Source: a virus
Lineage: Duplodnaviria; Caudoviricetes
Direction: 5' to 3' (one strand)
Virus record (IMG/VR): IMGVR_UViG_3300005238_000001
Location: 1 to 38,884 of that record
DNA: 38,884 nucleotides
Position numbers and translations under genes: made by a program. This document shows, piece by piece, positions 16,286 to 25,976 of this stretch (positions are counted from its first letter, which is position 1; every line of letters begins with the position of its first letter). The notes beneath the pieces are model-generated. The model did not search any database and was not told where the DNA came from. It was given only the letters and a program-made list of their open reading frames with translations.

Positions 16286-17522
16286 GAAGGCCGCGCCGCT
16301 CTTCCAGAAGAGCCGCTACAAGGACATTCGGGGTGGGCGTGGATCGGCCAAATCATGGTCAGTGGCCCGCGCACTGCTGATCAAAGGTTCGACTGAGCCC
16401 TTACGCATCCTCTGTACTCGCGAAGTGCAGCAGTCCATCCGTGATTCAGTTCACAAACTGCTCTCGGATCAGATCCAGGGATTGGGCTTGGGCAGCATCT
16501 ATGACGTGGACCTTCGAGGCATCCACGGCAAGTGCGGGACCGAGTTCATGTTCGCGGGCTTGAGTGATCAAACCGCGGAGTCACTGAAGTCCTACGAAGG
16601 CGTGGACATTGTGTGGTTGGAGGAAGCACAGGTTCTGTCCAAACGCTCCTGGACGATCCTGATTCCCACCATCCGCAAAGATGGCTCTGAGATCTGGGCG
16701 ACTTGGAATCCCGAGCTGGACACGGATGAGACCTACGTTCGGTTGGTGGAGAAGCCACCGCAGGATGTGATCCACATCGAGCTCAACTGGCGTGACAACC
16801 CCTGGTTCAACGCCACGCTCGAACAGGAACGCCAGCACGCGAAGGACACGCTGCCCGATGATGAATACCAGAACATCTGGGAAGGCAAATGCCGCAAGGC
16901 GGTCTCGGGTGCGATCTACGCCGAGGAAGTGATTGCGCTGCATGCCGAGCATCGCATCGGGGACTATCCCTGCGATCCGCATGCGCTGGTGTATCCGGTA
17001 TTCGACCTGGGCTGGAATGACCAGATGTCCATCATCCTGGTTCAGCGCAATGTCAGTCAGATGCGGGTGATCGACTACATCGAGAACGATCACAAGACGC
17101 TCGACTGGTACTCACAGGAACTGAGGAAGCGTCCCTACAACTGGGGCAAGGTCTTTCTGCCGCACGACGGTGGACACGGTGACTACAAGACCGGTCGCAG
17201 CGCCAAGGAGATCATGGAAGATCTGAAGTGGGAGGTGGAAGTTCTCCCCGCCATGAATGTGAATGAAGGCATCCGCGCCACACGCATGATGCTGAAGCAG
17301 ACATTCATCGACCGGACGAAGTGTGAGCGGTTGCTCGAATGTCTGAAGCGCTATCGACGCTCCATTCCGAGCACGACACAGGAGCCTGCTGGACCCTTGC
17401 ATGATCAGTATTCCCATGGAGCGGATGCCATGCGGTATGTGGCGATGGCCGCCCCACAGATGGACAACGAGCTATCCATGCAGTTACCGCCGCTGAAGTA
17501 CGGCAACTCGGGTGTGTTGTGA
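16251..17522 (+). CDS. terL: Terminase large subunit (PBSX family)
   Basis: GGRGSAKS Walker A, REVQQSIRDS, WLEEAQ Walker B, FDLG and HGADAMRY nuclease motifs. Confidence 0.97.
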   Translation: MSSVRFHAQFPEKAAPLFQKSRYKDIRGGRGSAKSWSVARALLIKGSTEPLRILCTREVQQSIRDSVHKLLSDQIQGLGLGSIYDVDLRGIHGKCGTEFMFAGLSDQTAESLKSYEGVDIVWLEEAQVLSKRSWTILIPTIRKDGSEIWATWNPELDTDETYVRLVEKPPQDVIHIELNWRDNPWFNATLEQERQHAKDTLPDDEYQNIWEGKCRKAVSGAIYAEEVIALHAEHRIGDYPCDPHALVYPVFDLGWNDQMSIILVQRNVSQMRVIDYIENDHKTLDWYSQELRKRPYNWGKVFLPHDGGHGDYKTGRSAKEIMEDLKWEVEVLPAMNVNEGIRATRMMLKQTFIDRTKCERLLECLKRYRRSIPSTTQEPAGPLHDQYSHGADAMRYVAMAAPQMDNELSMQLPPLKYGNSGVL

Positions 17523-17731
17523 AGACATCTGACCTCGCAAAACCACCTATCCAGCCACACGAGATCACGGGCGCTCAGGACTCACTGTGTCGCAACCACA
17601 AAGGTTCAATCGCCCACGAGCGTGAAGGTTCCGTGTGGTATTGCCCGATGGGACGCATGTTCTGGCGCTACTCGACCCAACGATCTGATTTCAACCGACC
17701 GCTTCCCTACAAGCGGTCTGGAGTTTTGTGA
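17519..17731 (+). CDS. Hypothetical protein with a TerL-like C-terminal tail
   Basis: GTGA coupling; CxxH..C; ends in PLPYKRSGVL. Confidence 0.6.
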   Translation: MKTSDLAKPPIQPHEITGAQDSLCRNHKGSIAHEREGSVWYCPMGRMFWRYSTQRSDFNRPLPYKRSGVL

Positions 17732-17740
17732 TTGGCTGAC

Positions 17741-17884
17741 ATGGCATTGATCAACGAGCTGAACGCCATCAAGGAACGCTTGAACAACATCGAACAGCAC
17801 CGGGATGCTCGTATCAAGGTTTTAGAGGACGCGCACGATCAACTGCTGCGCCGCATCGAACAGTTGGAGCGCAGGAAGAAGTGA
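17741..17884 (+). CDS. Small coiled-coil protein (47 aa, MALINELNAIKERL...)
   Basis: Hand-translated; heptad pattern; GTGA overlap with the portal start. Confidence 0.65.
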   Translation: MALINELNAIKERLNNIEQHRDARIKVLEDAHDQLLRRIEQLERRKK

Positions 17885-20157
17885 GCGAAGAAGCCGTCCG
17901 CAAGCCTGAGAAGATGACGGAAGCGGACCTGCTCAACATCATCCGCGCGTACGAGAAAGCCTCGCTGGGCTCGGATGTCGCCTCGGGTGGCTCCGTTTCC
18001 AGCGTCATCACGTCTGCAAGTCAGACCATGACCACGCTCGAGGTGGACCGCTACAACGCGCTCAACTGCTACATGGCGCGTCCGCTCGGTAACGAGATCG
18101 AGAACCGCTCCCAGGTGGTACTGCCGGAACTGGCCGACACGGTGGATTGGATCATGCCGCAGTTGATGCGCATGTTCGCCGCGGCCAAAGCCATTTGCCG
18201 GTTTGAGCCGGAAGGCCCCACGGACGTGGACCAGGCGCAGATCGAGTCCGAAGTCGTCAACCACATCTTCATGAAGGGCAACAACGGCTTCTTCATCCTG
18301 TACGACTATTTCTGGGACGCCATGGTCATGCGTAACGGCTACGCGTCCGTGGACTGGGTGGAGGAGACGGTTCCGGCTCTGGAGCGCTATTCGGGGCTCA
18401 CAGAGGATGAGCTGGCCGAGGTGATGGAGAAGCGCTCGGAAGATGAGGAGATCGAAGTCCTCGAGCAGCGCGAGTATCCGATGTCCGAAGCCCTGCAGAA
18501 GCACATGCAGAGCCTGATGCCACCGCAGCAGCCCGGACAGTTACCCCAACAGGCGCCTCAGTTGCCCGCGCCGGCCATGAACCTGTTCGACATCAAGCTC
18601 AGGCGCACGACCAATGCGGGCCGGGTGAAGGTGCAATGCATTCCGCCGGAAGAGATGCGCGTCTCATCGCGTGTGACGGGCAACCTCGAAGATTCTCCCT
18701 TCAGCGCACAGATCACGCAGGTCCCGCGCTCTGATTTGGTCGCGGACGGCTACGACAAGGCCGAGATCTACTCCCTCACCAGTGGCAAGCCCAACTGGTT
18801 CGAGATGGATGCGCTCGCGCGTAACTCCGTCGTCGATCAGCTCTCCATCGAGAACCCCGGCGATCGGGCGATGCAGGAGATCGAGGTCCGACGAGTATCC
18901 ATCCGCGTGGACTTCGATGGCGATGGCATTGCGGAATTGCGGCGGGTGGTGGTGGCTGGAGATGCCATCCTCGAAAACGAGGAGATTGAGGAGACGCCGT
19001 ATACGTCGTGTGTGCCTAAGCGCATGCCGCACCGGCATACCGGCATCAGTCTCTACGACACGCTCGCAGATCTGCAGGTGATCAAGACGCAGTTGTTTCG
19101 GGCGGGACTCGACAACCTGGCACTGGCCAACAACACCCGCACGGCGGTCGATTGGCAGAACTGCAACCTCGATGACCTGATGACTTCGCGTCCGGGTGGT
19201 GTGGTGCGCGGTAAAGGCCCTCCGGGAAACTGGATTGCCCCTCTCGCGCAGCCCTCGAACATTGTCGAGCAGGTGATTCCCGCCATGGAATACACCGACC
19301 GGTTGCGTGAGATGCGTACCGGTGTGGGCCGGGACACCATGGGATTGGATGCGGACGCGCTGCAGGATGTGACCAAGGGCGGTCAGTTGGCTGCCATGTC
19401 AGCAGCCTCACTCAAGATTGAGCTGATTGCGCGGCTGTTGGCGGAAGGGGTGAAGGACATCTTCACCAAGATCCACAACTGCATCCTGCGTCACCAGGAT
19501 GGAGAGCTCGAATTCGAGATCGCCGGGCGGTGGATCAAAACCGATCCCACCGCGTGGAGACGGCGCACGAAGGTCTCACCGAATGTGGGATTGGGTTCGG
19601 GCAACCGGGAAGAAGCGCGCGCCAACCTGCAGTTGCTCTCGAACATGCAGCAGAACCTCGCCAACTTCGGTCTCGTGGGGCCGAAGCAGATGTACGAGAC
19701 GTTCAAACGCGGCTGTGAGGTGCTGGGGTTTGAGAATCCGCAGGTCTTTGCGATGGACCCGTCCAGCCCCGAATACGCAGCCCATCAGAAGCAGATGGCG
19801 CAGAACCCGCCACCTCCACCGCCTCAGGTGCAGGCCGCTCAGATCAGGAATCAGGGGCTACAGGCGCAAGAGAATGCCAAGACCCAACGCGAACTGCTCA
19901 CGGCCAAAGTGGATCTCGTCAAGGCACAGACGGCTGCGGTAGCCGATCACGCCAAAGCGGATCGGGAGATGGCGCACGAGACGATGCAGAACGCGCACGA
20001 CCGGGAAATCGACATCGCCGAGCACAACAGCCAGATGGCCCAGACGCTCATCAAGGTGCTGGGCCAGATCATCGCCAGCCAGTTGAAGCAGAACGCTCAG
20101 GCCGATGCCGGCAAGGTACTCGAGCACGACTATGCGGAAGTGAGGGGCCTGCAATGA
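17881..20157 (+). CDS. Portal protein (P22/SU10-like)
   Basis: ENRSQVV...DTVDWIMPQLMRMF...DFDGDGIAELRRV...PHRHTGIS; Gln-rich C-terminal barrel. Confidence 0.93.
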   Translation: MSEEAVRKPEKMTEADLLNIIRAYEKASLGSDVASGGSVSSVITSASQTMTTLEVDRYNALNCYMARPLGNEIENRSQVVLPELADTVDWIMPQLMRMFAAAKAICRFEPEGPTDVDQAQIESEVVNHIFMKGNNGFFILYDYFWDAMVMRNGYASVDWVEETVPALERYSGLTEDELAEVMEKRSEDEEIEVLEQREYPMSEALQKHMQSLMPPQQPGQLPQQAPQLPAPAMNLFDIKLRRTTNAGRVKVQCIPPEEMRVSSRVTGNLEDSPFSAQITQVPRSDLVADGYDKAEIYSLTSGKPNWFEMDALARNSVVDQLSIENPGDRAMQEIEVRRVSIRVDFDGDGIAELRRVVVAGDAILENEEIEETPYTSCVPKRMPHRHTGISLYDTLADLQVIKTQLFRAGLDNLALANNTRTAVDWQNCNLDDLMTSRPGGVVRGKGPPGNWIAPLAQPSNIVEQVIPAMEYTDRLREMRTGVGRDTMGLDADALQDVTKGGQLAAMSAASLKIELIARLLAEGVKDIFTKIHNCILRHQDGELEFEIAGRWIKTDPTAWRRRTKVSPNVGLGSGNREEARANLQLLSNMQQNLANFGLVGPKQMYETFKRGCEVLGFENPQVFAMDPSSPEYAAHQKQMAQNPPPPPPQVQAAQIRNQGLQAQENAKTQRELLTAKVDLVKAQTAAVADHAKADREMAHETMQNAHDREIDIAEHNSQMAQTLIKVLGQIIASQLKQNAQADAGKVLEHDYAEVRGLQ

Positions 20158-20459
20158 CCGACTTCACACCGAAAACGCCCGAGCAGGAAGTCATCCGAGC
20201 AGGTCAAGCACGCCAGATTGTCGAATCCCCCTTGTGGATCGAAGCCTGTCAGCGCATCGAAGCGGGATTGGCTGCTCAACGCCGCGCAGTCCCGATGCGT
20301 GAGACCGAGATGCACACCCGGCTGATCATCGCCGAGCAGCTGTGGAGTCAGTTCACCGACTTCTTCACCGAAGTCATGGATTCCGGCCGCATGGCTGAAT
20401 TCCAGATCCAACAGAAACGATCGCGGCTGCAAGACGCCGTGAACCTCTTCCGGAGATAA
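20154..20459 (+). CDS. Conserved small head-region protein
   Basis: Helical 101 aa ORF between portal and scaffold. Confidence 0.75.
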   Translation: MTDFTPKTPEQEVIRAGQARQIVESPLWIEACQRIEAGLAAQRRAVPMRETEMHTRLIIAEQLWSQFTDFFTEVMDSGRMAEFQIQQKRSRLQDAVNLFRR

Positions 20460-20462
20460 CCC

Positions 20463-21590
20463 TTGTCAGCGAGCCCCGAGAGCGTGACGCAGAGCACGCA
20501 GACCTCTAGTACTGCCCAAACCACGACCACCAATGCACCGGTGGAGCGAACGATCACTCAGGAGAGTGACTTCGACCGACTGTGGAACAAGGGCGCATTT
20601 GATTCTCCCGAGGAAGCCAAGGCCCGGGCGGAGGCGAACAAGAAGCCTGAGAAGCCGGTGAAAGCCGCGCCTGTTGTTGAAGAGCAGGCTGCTGAGACAA
20701 CCGAGCAGGCGCCCGCTGAGGAATCTGAAACCGAGGAGCAGCCTGAACAACAGGCCGAGACGCAGGAGAAAACCTACGAGTCGCTCTCGGACTATCTGAA
20801 AGACGCCAACATTGACGAGGAAGGCTTTCTCGACCTGCCGGCCACCGTCAAGGTCAATGGCAAGACCGATACCGTCCCACTGCGTGAAGCGATCAGCAGC
20901 TACCAGCAACAGCAGGTCCACACGCAGAAATCGATGGCGCTGGCGGATGACCGCCGCAGCTTTGAGGAGCAGCGCACGCAGGTCTCCCAGGCCCTGGCCC
21001 AGCAGATCGAGCAGACCAAGCAGCTCCTGCAATACGCCGAAACCCAGGCGTTGGGCGAATACAAGTCGATCGACTGGAATGCGCTCAACCAGACCGATCC
21101 CGCCCGCTATGCGGCGCTGAAGATCGACTACGACCAGAAGGTAGCGAACATCCGTTCGTACCTCGCACAGATTGATCAGACTCAGAAGGAACAGGCGAAG
21201 CAAGCCCAAGAGGCCCAGGCCAAACGCCTGCCTGAAGAGACTGAGAAGTTGTTGTCCGCGATTCCAGAGTGGCGCGACGACAAGAAGAGGACGGCTGATC
21301 AGAAGGCCATCCTCGAATACGGGAAATCCCGCGGGCTCTCCGATGCGGAGCTCACGATCACCGATCACCGCTACGTGCAGATCCTGCATGACGCGGCCCG
21401 GTATCGCGCTCTGCAAGCCGCCAAACCCCAAGCACTCAAACAGGTTCGCGCCGCGCCTCAGATGGTGAAGCCCGGCGCTCGTGTGAGCCGCGATCCGAAA
21501 GCGGCCTCACTCCAACAGGCACGTGAGAACTGGGCTCGTAACCCGCGCGATGAAGACGCGCAGGCGGCCGTGTTCTCGCAATTCGTTTAG
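20463..21590 (+). CDS. Capsid scaffolding protein
   Basis: Acidic N-terminus, VKVNGK...YQQ..HTQKSMALA, IDWNAL..TDP; upstream of the capsid gene. Confidence 0.88.
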   Translation: MSASPESVTQSTQTSSTAQTTTTNAPVERTITQESDFDRLWNKGAFDSPEEAKARAEANKKPEKPVKAAPVVEEQAAETTEQAPAEESETEEQPEQQAETQEKTYESLSDYLKDANIDEEGFLDLPATVKVNGKTDTVPLREAISSYQQQQVHTQKSMALADDRRSFEEQRTQVSQALAQQIEQTKQLLQYAETQALGEYKSIDWNALNQTDPARYAALKIDYDQKVANIRSYLAQIDQTQKEQAKQAQEAQAKRLPEETEKLLSAIPEWRDDKKRTADQKAILEYGKSRGLSDAELTITDHRYVQILHDAARYRALQAAKPQALKQVRAAPQMVKPGARVSRDPKAASLQQARENWARNPRDEDAQAAVFSQFV

Positions 21591-21599
21591 GAGACACCC

Positions 21600-22550
21600 G
21601 TGACCGTTCCTTCAAATACCTTTCAGGTCTACACGCAGGTCAACATCCGCGAAGATCTGATCAACACGATCTACAACGTCGATCCCTTCAAGACCCCGTT
21701 CTTCAACATGTGCAAGAAGACCGAGGCCAACCAGACCTACCACGAGTGGAATACCGATTCCCTCGCAGCACAGAACCTCTCCAACGCTGCAGTGGAAGGC
21801 GACAACCCGAGCAACATCACCGTCGCCCCCACGGTGCGTCTGGGCAACTATACCCAGATCAGCCAGAAGACCATCCAGATCTCGGGCACCTCACAGGCCG
21901 TTGTGGCCGCAGGTGGCTCGAACAAGATGGGCTATCAGCTCATGAAGAAGTCCAAGGAGCTGAAGCGTGACATGGAGGGCATTCTGACCAACAACGCGGC
22001 CAAGAATGCAGGTTCCTCCACAACGGCACGCATCTCTGCGGGACTCACCTCTTGGCTCGGCAGCAACACCGTGTTTGGTGCAGGCGGAGCCAATCCCGCA
22101 TCCCTGAACGGCACGGCCACCCGCACAGACGGAACCCAAACCGCCATCACGGAAGCGCAGTTGAAGAGCATGCTGCAGTTGGTCTACACCAACTCCGGCG
22201 AGTCTCCTGAGTACATGCTGGTATCGCCGAAGAACAAGCAGAACATCTCTGCCTTCTCAGGTCCGGGTACCCGCTTCACGCAGGTGGATGACAAGGTGCT
22301 GCAGACCGCGATCGATGTGTACGCATCGGACTTTGGTGAAGTGAAGATGGTCCCGGACATCTTCTTGGCTCGCAGCCGCGATACGTTTGCCATCAACCCG
22401 AACTATGTCCGGGTGGCCTACCTGCGGCCGTTTGCGACGGTTCCGCTCGCCAAGACCGGCGACTCTGACCAGAAGCAGTTGATTGTCGAGTACTCGCTCG
22501 AAGTGGGCAACGAAAAGGCCCAGGGCGCGATCTTCGATACCACCGGCTGA
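21600..22550 (+). CDS. Major capsid protein (SU10/DUF5309 type)
   Basis: REDL...TPF...HEWNTDSLAA...EG...NYTQI...ELKRDME...LAKTGDS..EY. Confidence 0.93.
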   Translation: MTVPSNTFQVYTQVNIREDLINTIYNVDPFKTPFFNMCKKTEANQTYHEWNTDSLAAQNLSNAAVEGDNPSNITVAPTVRLGNYTQISQKTIQISGTSQAVVAAGGSNKMGYQLMKKSKELKRDMEGILTNNAAKNAGSSTTARISAGLTSWLGSNTVFGAGGANPASLNGTATRTDGTQTAITEAQLKSMLQLVYTNSGESPEYMLVSPKNKQNISAFSGPGTRFTQVDDKVLQTAIDVYASDFGEVKMVPDIFLARSRDTFAINPNYVRVAYLRPFATVPLAKTGDSDQKQLIVEYSLEVGNEKAQGAIFDTTG

Positions 22551-22557
22551 CACCTTC

Positions 22558-22582
22558 GGGGCTGGCTCGTGCAGCCCCTTTT
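22558..22582 (+). terminator. Intrinsic terminator after the capsid gene
   Basis: GGGGCTG-GCTCGTG-CAGCCCC-TTTT. Confidence 0.8.
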
Positions 22583-22599
22583 CATTGGGAGACTGATTC

Positions 22600-22896
22600 A
22601 TGGGCGCAATGCCTATCTCACCCTGGCGACTCGGGGCGGCACGCAATGTCGCAATCGGAGCGGCTTCGGCGTCCTCGAGTGCCGTAGCGAATGGATGTCA
22701 TGCGGTCCTGGTGACCTGCAATGGCAACTGTCACATCGCAATCGGCCCTTCGGGAACCGCAGCCAGCTCTTCAACCACGTATCTGCCGGCCAACTCCTCC
22801 CCCATCGTGTTGGCAGCCGCTCCGGGTGAAGTGGTGTCGGTGATCCAGGATGGCGCCTCAACAGGGAATGTTTCAGTAACGGACTTGAGCCATTGA
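22600..22896 (+). CDS. Small beta-rich virion (decoration-like) protein
   Basis: GGAG RBS, position after the capsid gene, beta-sandwich composition. Confidence 0.7.
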   Translation: MGAMPISPWRLGAARNVAIGAASASSSAVANGCHAVLVTCNGNCHIAIGPSGTAASSSTTYLPANSSPIVLAAAPGEVVSVIQDGASTGNVSVTDLSH

Positions 22897-23081
22897 AAGT
22901 CTCCCACCTGAAGGGTGTCTCAGAGGACACCGAACTCCAACGCACACTCGTTGAGTACTTCGAAGGCAACTCACACATCGTCGCCAGCGAATGGCGGCTC
23001 AACGAGGAACTGGTTCGCCGGGACGTGATGATCAACATCCTGTGCGGCCTCAACATCCAATCGGAGCAAAAACTTGGCTAA
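22893..23081 (+). CDS. Hypothetical protein
   Basis: TTG start overlapping the previous stop; fills the gap. Confidence 0.5.
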   Translation: MKVSHLKGVSEDTELQRTLVEYFEGNSHIVASEWRLNEELVRRDVMINILCGLNIQSEQKLG

Positions 23082-23523
23082 CTCACAGGCCGTTGCTACC
23101 AGCTTCAAGGCTGAAATGCTCAACGGCATTCATGCTTTTGGGACCACGGTCACTCGTGGCGCTACCACGGCGGACACTTTCAAGGCCGCCCTCTACTCCA
23201 CGGCCGGATCAATCGGCGCCGGTACGACCGCGTACAGCGCCACAAACGAGGTTTCCGGCACCGGCTACACAGCAGGTGGAATCGCCTTCACGTGGACGGC
23301 ACCGACGACCTCGGGCACGACCTCCTACGCCACCCCGTCGGCATCTCTGGTGTACACCACGGTGACGGTGGGTCCAACGGATTGTGTGCTGCTCTACAAC
23401 AGCACTCAGAGCAACAAGGCTGTTGCCTCTTACACCTTCAGCGCGCAGACCATGACGGCCTCGACGCTGACCATCAACATGCCCACCAATGCCGCAGGCA
23501 CTGCTGCGCTGAACTTCGCCTAA
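23074..23523 (+). CDS. Virion structural protein
   Basis: TSFKAEML...DTFKAALY...NEVSGTGYTAGG motif common in phage structural regions. Confidence 0.8.
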   Translation: MANSQAVATSFKAEMLNGIHAFGTTVTRGATTADTFKAALYSTAGSIGAGTTAYSATNEVSGTGYTAGGIAFTWTAPTTSGTTSYATPSASLVYTTVTVGPTDCVLLYNSTQSNKAVASYTFSAQTMTASTLTINMPTNAAGTAALNFA

Positions 23524-23533
23524 AGGAACCATC

Positions 23534-24094
23534 ATGGCTAACTATGGCGTCAATCAGACTCAGCAGTGGCAGCAGGGGGTCAGCGGAAGTGCGATCACGG
23601 CCGCCTCTGCAACCGAGATGTTGCCGGCGGTGGGGCGGTGGGCCTGGTCGCCCTCACCACCCATCAAGGTGGGTGACATCATCACGTTCAAGGCGTTCGG
23701 CAAGATCTCCTGCGTCGTGACTACACCGGGCACGGCGCGCTTCACGATCCTCGCCGGCTCAACCGTAATCGCCGATTCGGGTGCGCTCAACCTGAATGTC
23801 GTCGCCAAGACCAACGTGCCCTGGTGGCTGGACTTCGAGGGATTCGTATCCGCCATCGGTTCGGGTACCTCGGCTACCATTACGGGCCTGTTCCGCTTCA
23901 CATCGGAAGCCGTCGTGGGCTCCGCTGCCAACACCGCAGGGTCAAACGGCACGTTGCTGGCGCCTGTGGGTGGGGCGGTGGCGGGATCGGGATTTGATTC
24001 CACGGTCACCAACGTGATGACGGCCAACTTCACTCAGACCGTGGCCACCGGTTCCATGACCTGTCTCAGTTCTCGTTGGAACATGGATACCTGA
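23534..24094 (+). CDS. Virion structural protein (beta-sandwich)
   Basis: AAGGA RBS; Thr/Gly/Ala rich. Confidence 0.75.
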   Translation: MANYGVNQTQQWQQGVSGSAITAASATEMLPAVGRWAWSPSPPIKVGDIITFKAFGKISCVVTTPGTARFTILAGSTVIADSGALNLNVVAKTNVPWWLDFEGFVSAIGSGTSATITGLFRFTSEAVVGSAANTAGSNGTLLAPVGGAVAGSGFDSTVTNVMTANFTQTVATGSMTCLSSRWNMDT

Positions 24095-24987
24095 TGAGGC
24101 TCGGATTCTGGGGCGGACAGACCAATGTCAGCCCCAGTGTGCTCGCTCAGGTTCAGGGACTTCTCCTGGATCTGCAGGGCCAGTCGAGCTCCAACTCCAC
24201 GCCGAGTCCGCCCACTCCGCCACTGCCCAACCAGCAGACCATCCGCTGGTCCGCAGTGAGTGGAGCGACTGGCTACAAGATCTATCGGAGTGTGAACGGC
24301 GGCTCCTTCACGGCTTACGACACCTCCGCCACGACTTCCTATACGGATCTCGCGGCCACGACCTGCGTGAATGGAACGGCCGGGTCGGGTCCGGACTACT
24401 ACGTCCCCAACAGCTACCGATACAAGGTTGCAGCCACGGCAGGGGCCAGCGAAGGCCCGCAGAGCACTACTCAATCCTGCATCTACTACGCCAACGGCGT
24501 GCAGGAGCATACCGGAGGTGATTTCAACCTCAACTGCACGACCGACTACGCCAACTCCGGTGGCTCGCCTCAAGGCGGTCATACGCTGTGCATGTTGATG
24601 ACCACCACGGGCGGTTTTGGCGACTGGATACCGTGGGCCGGGAATCTGGCGACGCAGTGGAATCTGAACATCGCCGATTACAACTACTTCCAGATGGACA
24701 TCAAGGCCATGCAGGCTTCATCCAGCATGCAGCTGGCCCCCATCCGGGTGGGAGATGTGGCGATTCAGGCTCAGGGCGGAGGGCAGCTCCTCATCCAGAC
24801 GAGTGCCTATGCCACCCTGATCAATGGCAGTTGGGTGACGGTCAAGATCCCTCTAGTTGATCTCATGACCGACTGGACCTCAGGCTCCGGGGTGCAACTG
24901 CACTCCTGGTACAAAACCAACGTACAGGACAACTCAGGTAGCAGCGGTCGCACGTATTACTTCGATAACGTGATGTTCGTCCCATGA
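24094..24987 (+). CDS. FN3 domain + carbohydrate-binding-like module protein
   Basis: IRWSAVSGATGYKIYRS...SYTD...YRYKVAA (FN3); WVTVKIPLVDL...YYFDNVMF (CBM-like). Confidence 0.75.
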   Translation: MRLGFWGGQTNVSPSVLAQVQGLLLDLQGQSSSNSTPSPPTPPLPNQQTIRWSAVSGATGYKIYRSVNGGSFTAYDTSATTSYTDLAATTCVNGTAGSGPDYYVPNSYRYKVAATAGASEGPQSTTQSCIYYANGVQEHTGGDFNLNCTTDYANSGGSPQGGHTLCMLMTTTGGFGDWIPWAGNLATQWNLNIADYNYFQMDIKAMQASSSMQLAPIRVGDVAIQAQGGGQLLIQTSAYATLINGSWVTVKIPLVDLMTDWTSGSGVQLHSWYKTNVQDNSGSSGRTYYFDNVMFVP

Positions 24988-25976
24988 GGCTAGGATTCAT
25001 GAGCCCAGGGACAGCGAGCGTCGCCAGTGGAGGCGGCGGGGGAGGTGGATTCACCCCGCAGCCCAACTTTACTGTGACTGCTGACTCGACGTTTGCACAC
25101 AGTCTGCCGTTCACGGTGAATAGTGCGCTGAGCGCGTTGAGCGCCCGCGGCAGCAGTTCGAACCCATCTACCTACCAGTGGCTGGGCAACACCTATACCT
25201 GCTTCCTCGCCAAGTCTTTTGAGGATGGGCAGTACCAGAACAACGGACTGGCCTGGAATACCGGGGGCGCTCAGTGGGATGTCGTCACGAGCGGTACGGT
25301 CACACCGCCGACGAATCTCACCAAATGTGCCCGCCAACGAGGCGTGACCTCCCGGCAGGGTGAACTGCAGATGTTCCCCACGACGAACCCGGCGGACCTG
25401 TATGTCAGCTACGAGTTCCGGCTGGGTCCGACGTACAACGGCAAGCACTGGCGCAGTTGGGGAGGAAGTGATTCGCTCTACTTTGCGACCAACGGCACGA
25501 GCGCAGGCGGAAGCGATCTCACCGGCTCGAACAACGAAGCCCAGGACGTATTTTCGTCTCCGAACTCATTCACGTCCGGCTGGAACCACGTCGAGTATTA
25601 CAACCGCGTAGGCAGCAGCCCATTTATCCAGACGATGCTGAATGCCGTCAACCAGTGGCTTCGGTCGGGCTCAACGTGGACTCCGGGCAACATCTCCGGC
25701 CACACGCTGGACTTGGGCAACCTGCTGGAGGTGGGGGATACCGGTTATTGGGCGGATTACTTTATCGATTACGTGGACACAGTCGTTTACCTACACGACA
25801 ACATTTCCTTGGCGTCCAGTACTCGGCGGGAGTTTCAGATTCCGATCAATGTGGGGACCACAGGATCTGCGCGATACGCCTTGAATCAAGGGAGATTCAC
25901 CTCTCTCTCGGGTTTGTACATGTCCCAATATAACCATCGTACTTCGACGCAGACCAACTTTGGGCAGCTCACTTAA
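24984..25976 (+). CDS. ConA/LamG-like virion accessory protein
   Basis: LYVSYEFR...K.WR...GWNHVEYY beta-jelly-roll pattern. Confidence 0.6.
   Translation: MRLGFMSPGTASVASGGGGGGGFTPQPNFTVTADSTFAHSLPFTVNSALSALSARGSSSNPSTYQWLGNTYTCFLAKSFEDGQYQNNGLAWNTGGAQWDVVTSGTVTPPTNLTKCARQRGVTSRQGELQMFPTTNPADLYVSYEFRLGPTYNGKHWRSWGGSDSLYFATNGTSAGGSDLTGSNNEAQDVFSSPNSFTSGWNHVEYYNRVGSSPFIQTMLNAVNQWLRSGSTWTPGNISGHTLDLGNLLEVGDTGYWADYFIDYVDTVVYLHDNISLASSTRREFQIPINVGTTGSARYALNQGRFTSLSGLYMSQYNHRTSTQTNFGQLT

Noticed and set aside
20466-21431. Long antisense ORFs (also 17839-18504, 28894-29835, 11484-12167)
   Set aside because: Shadows of strongly supported + strand genes in GC-rich DNA
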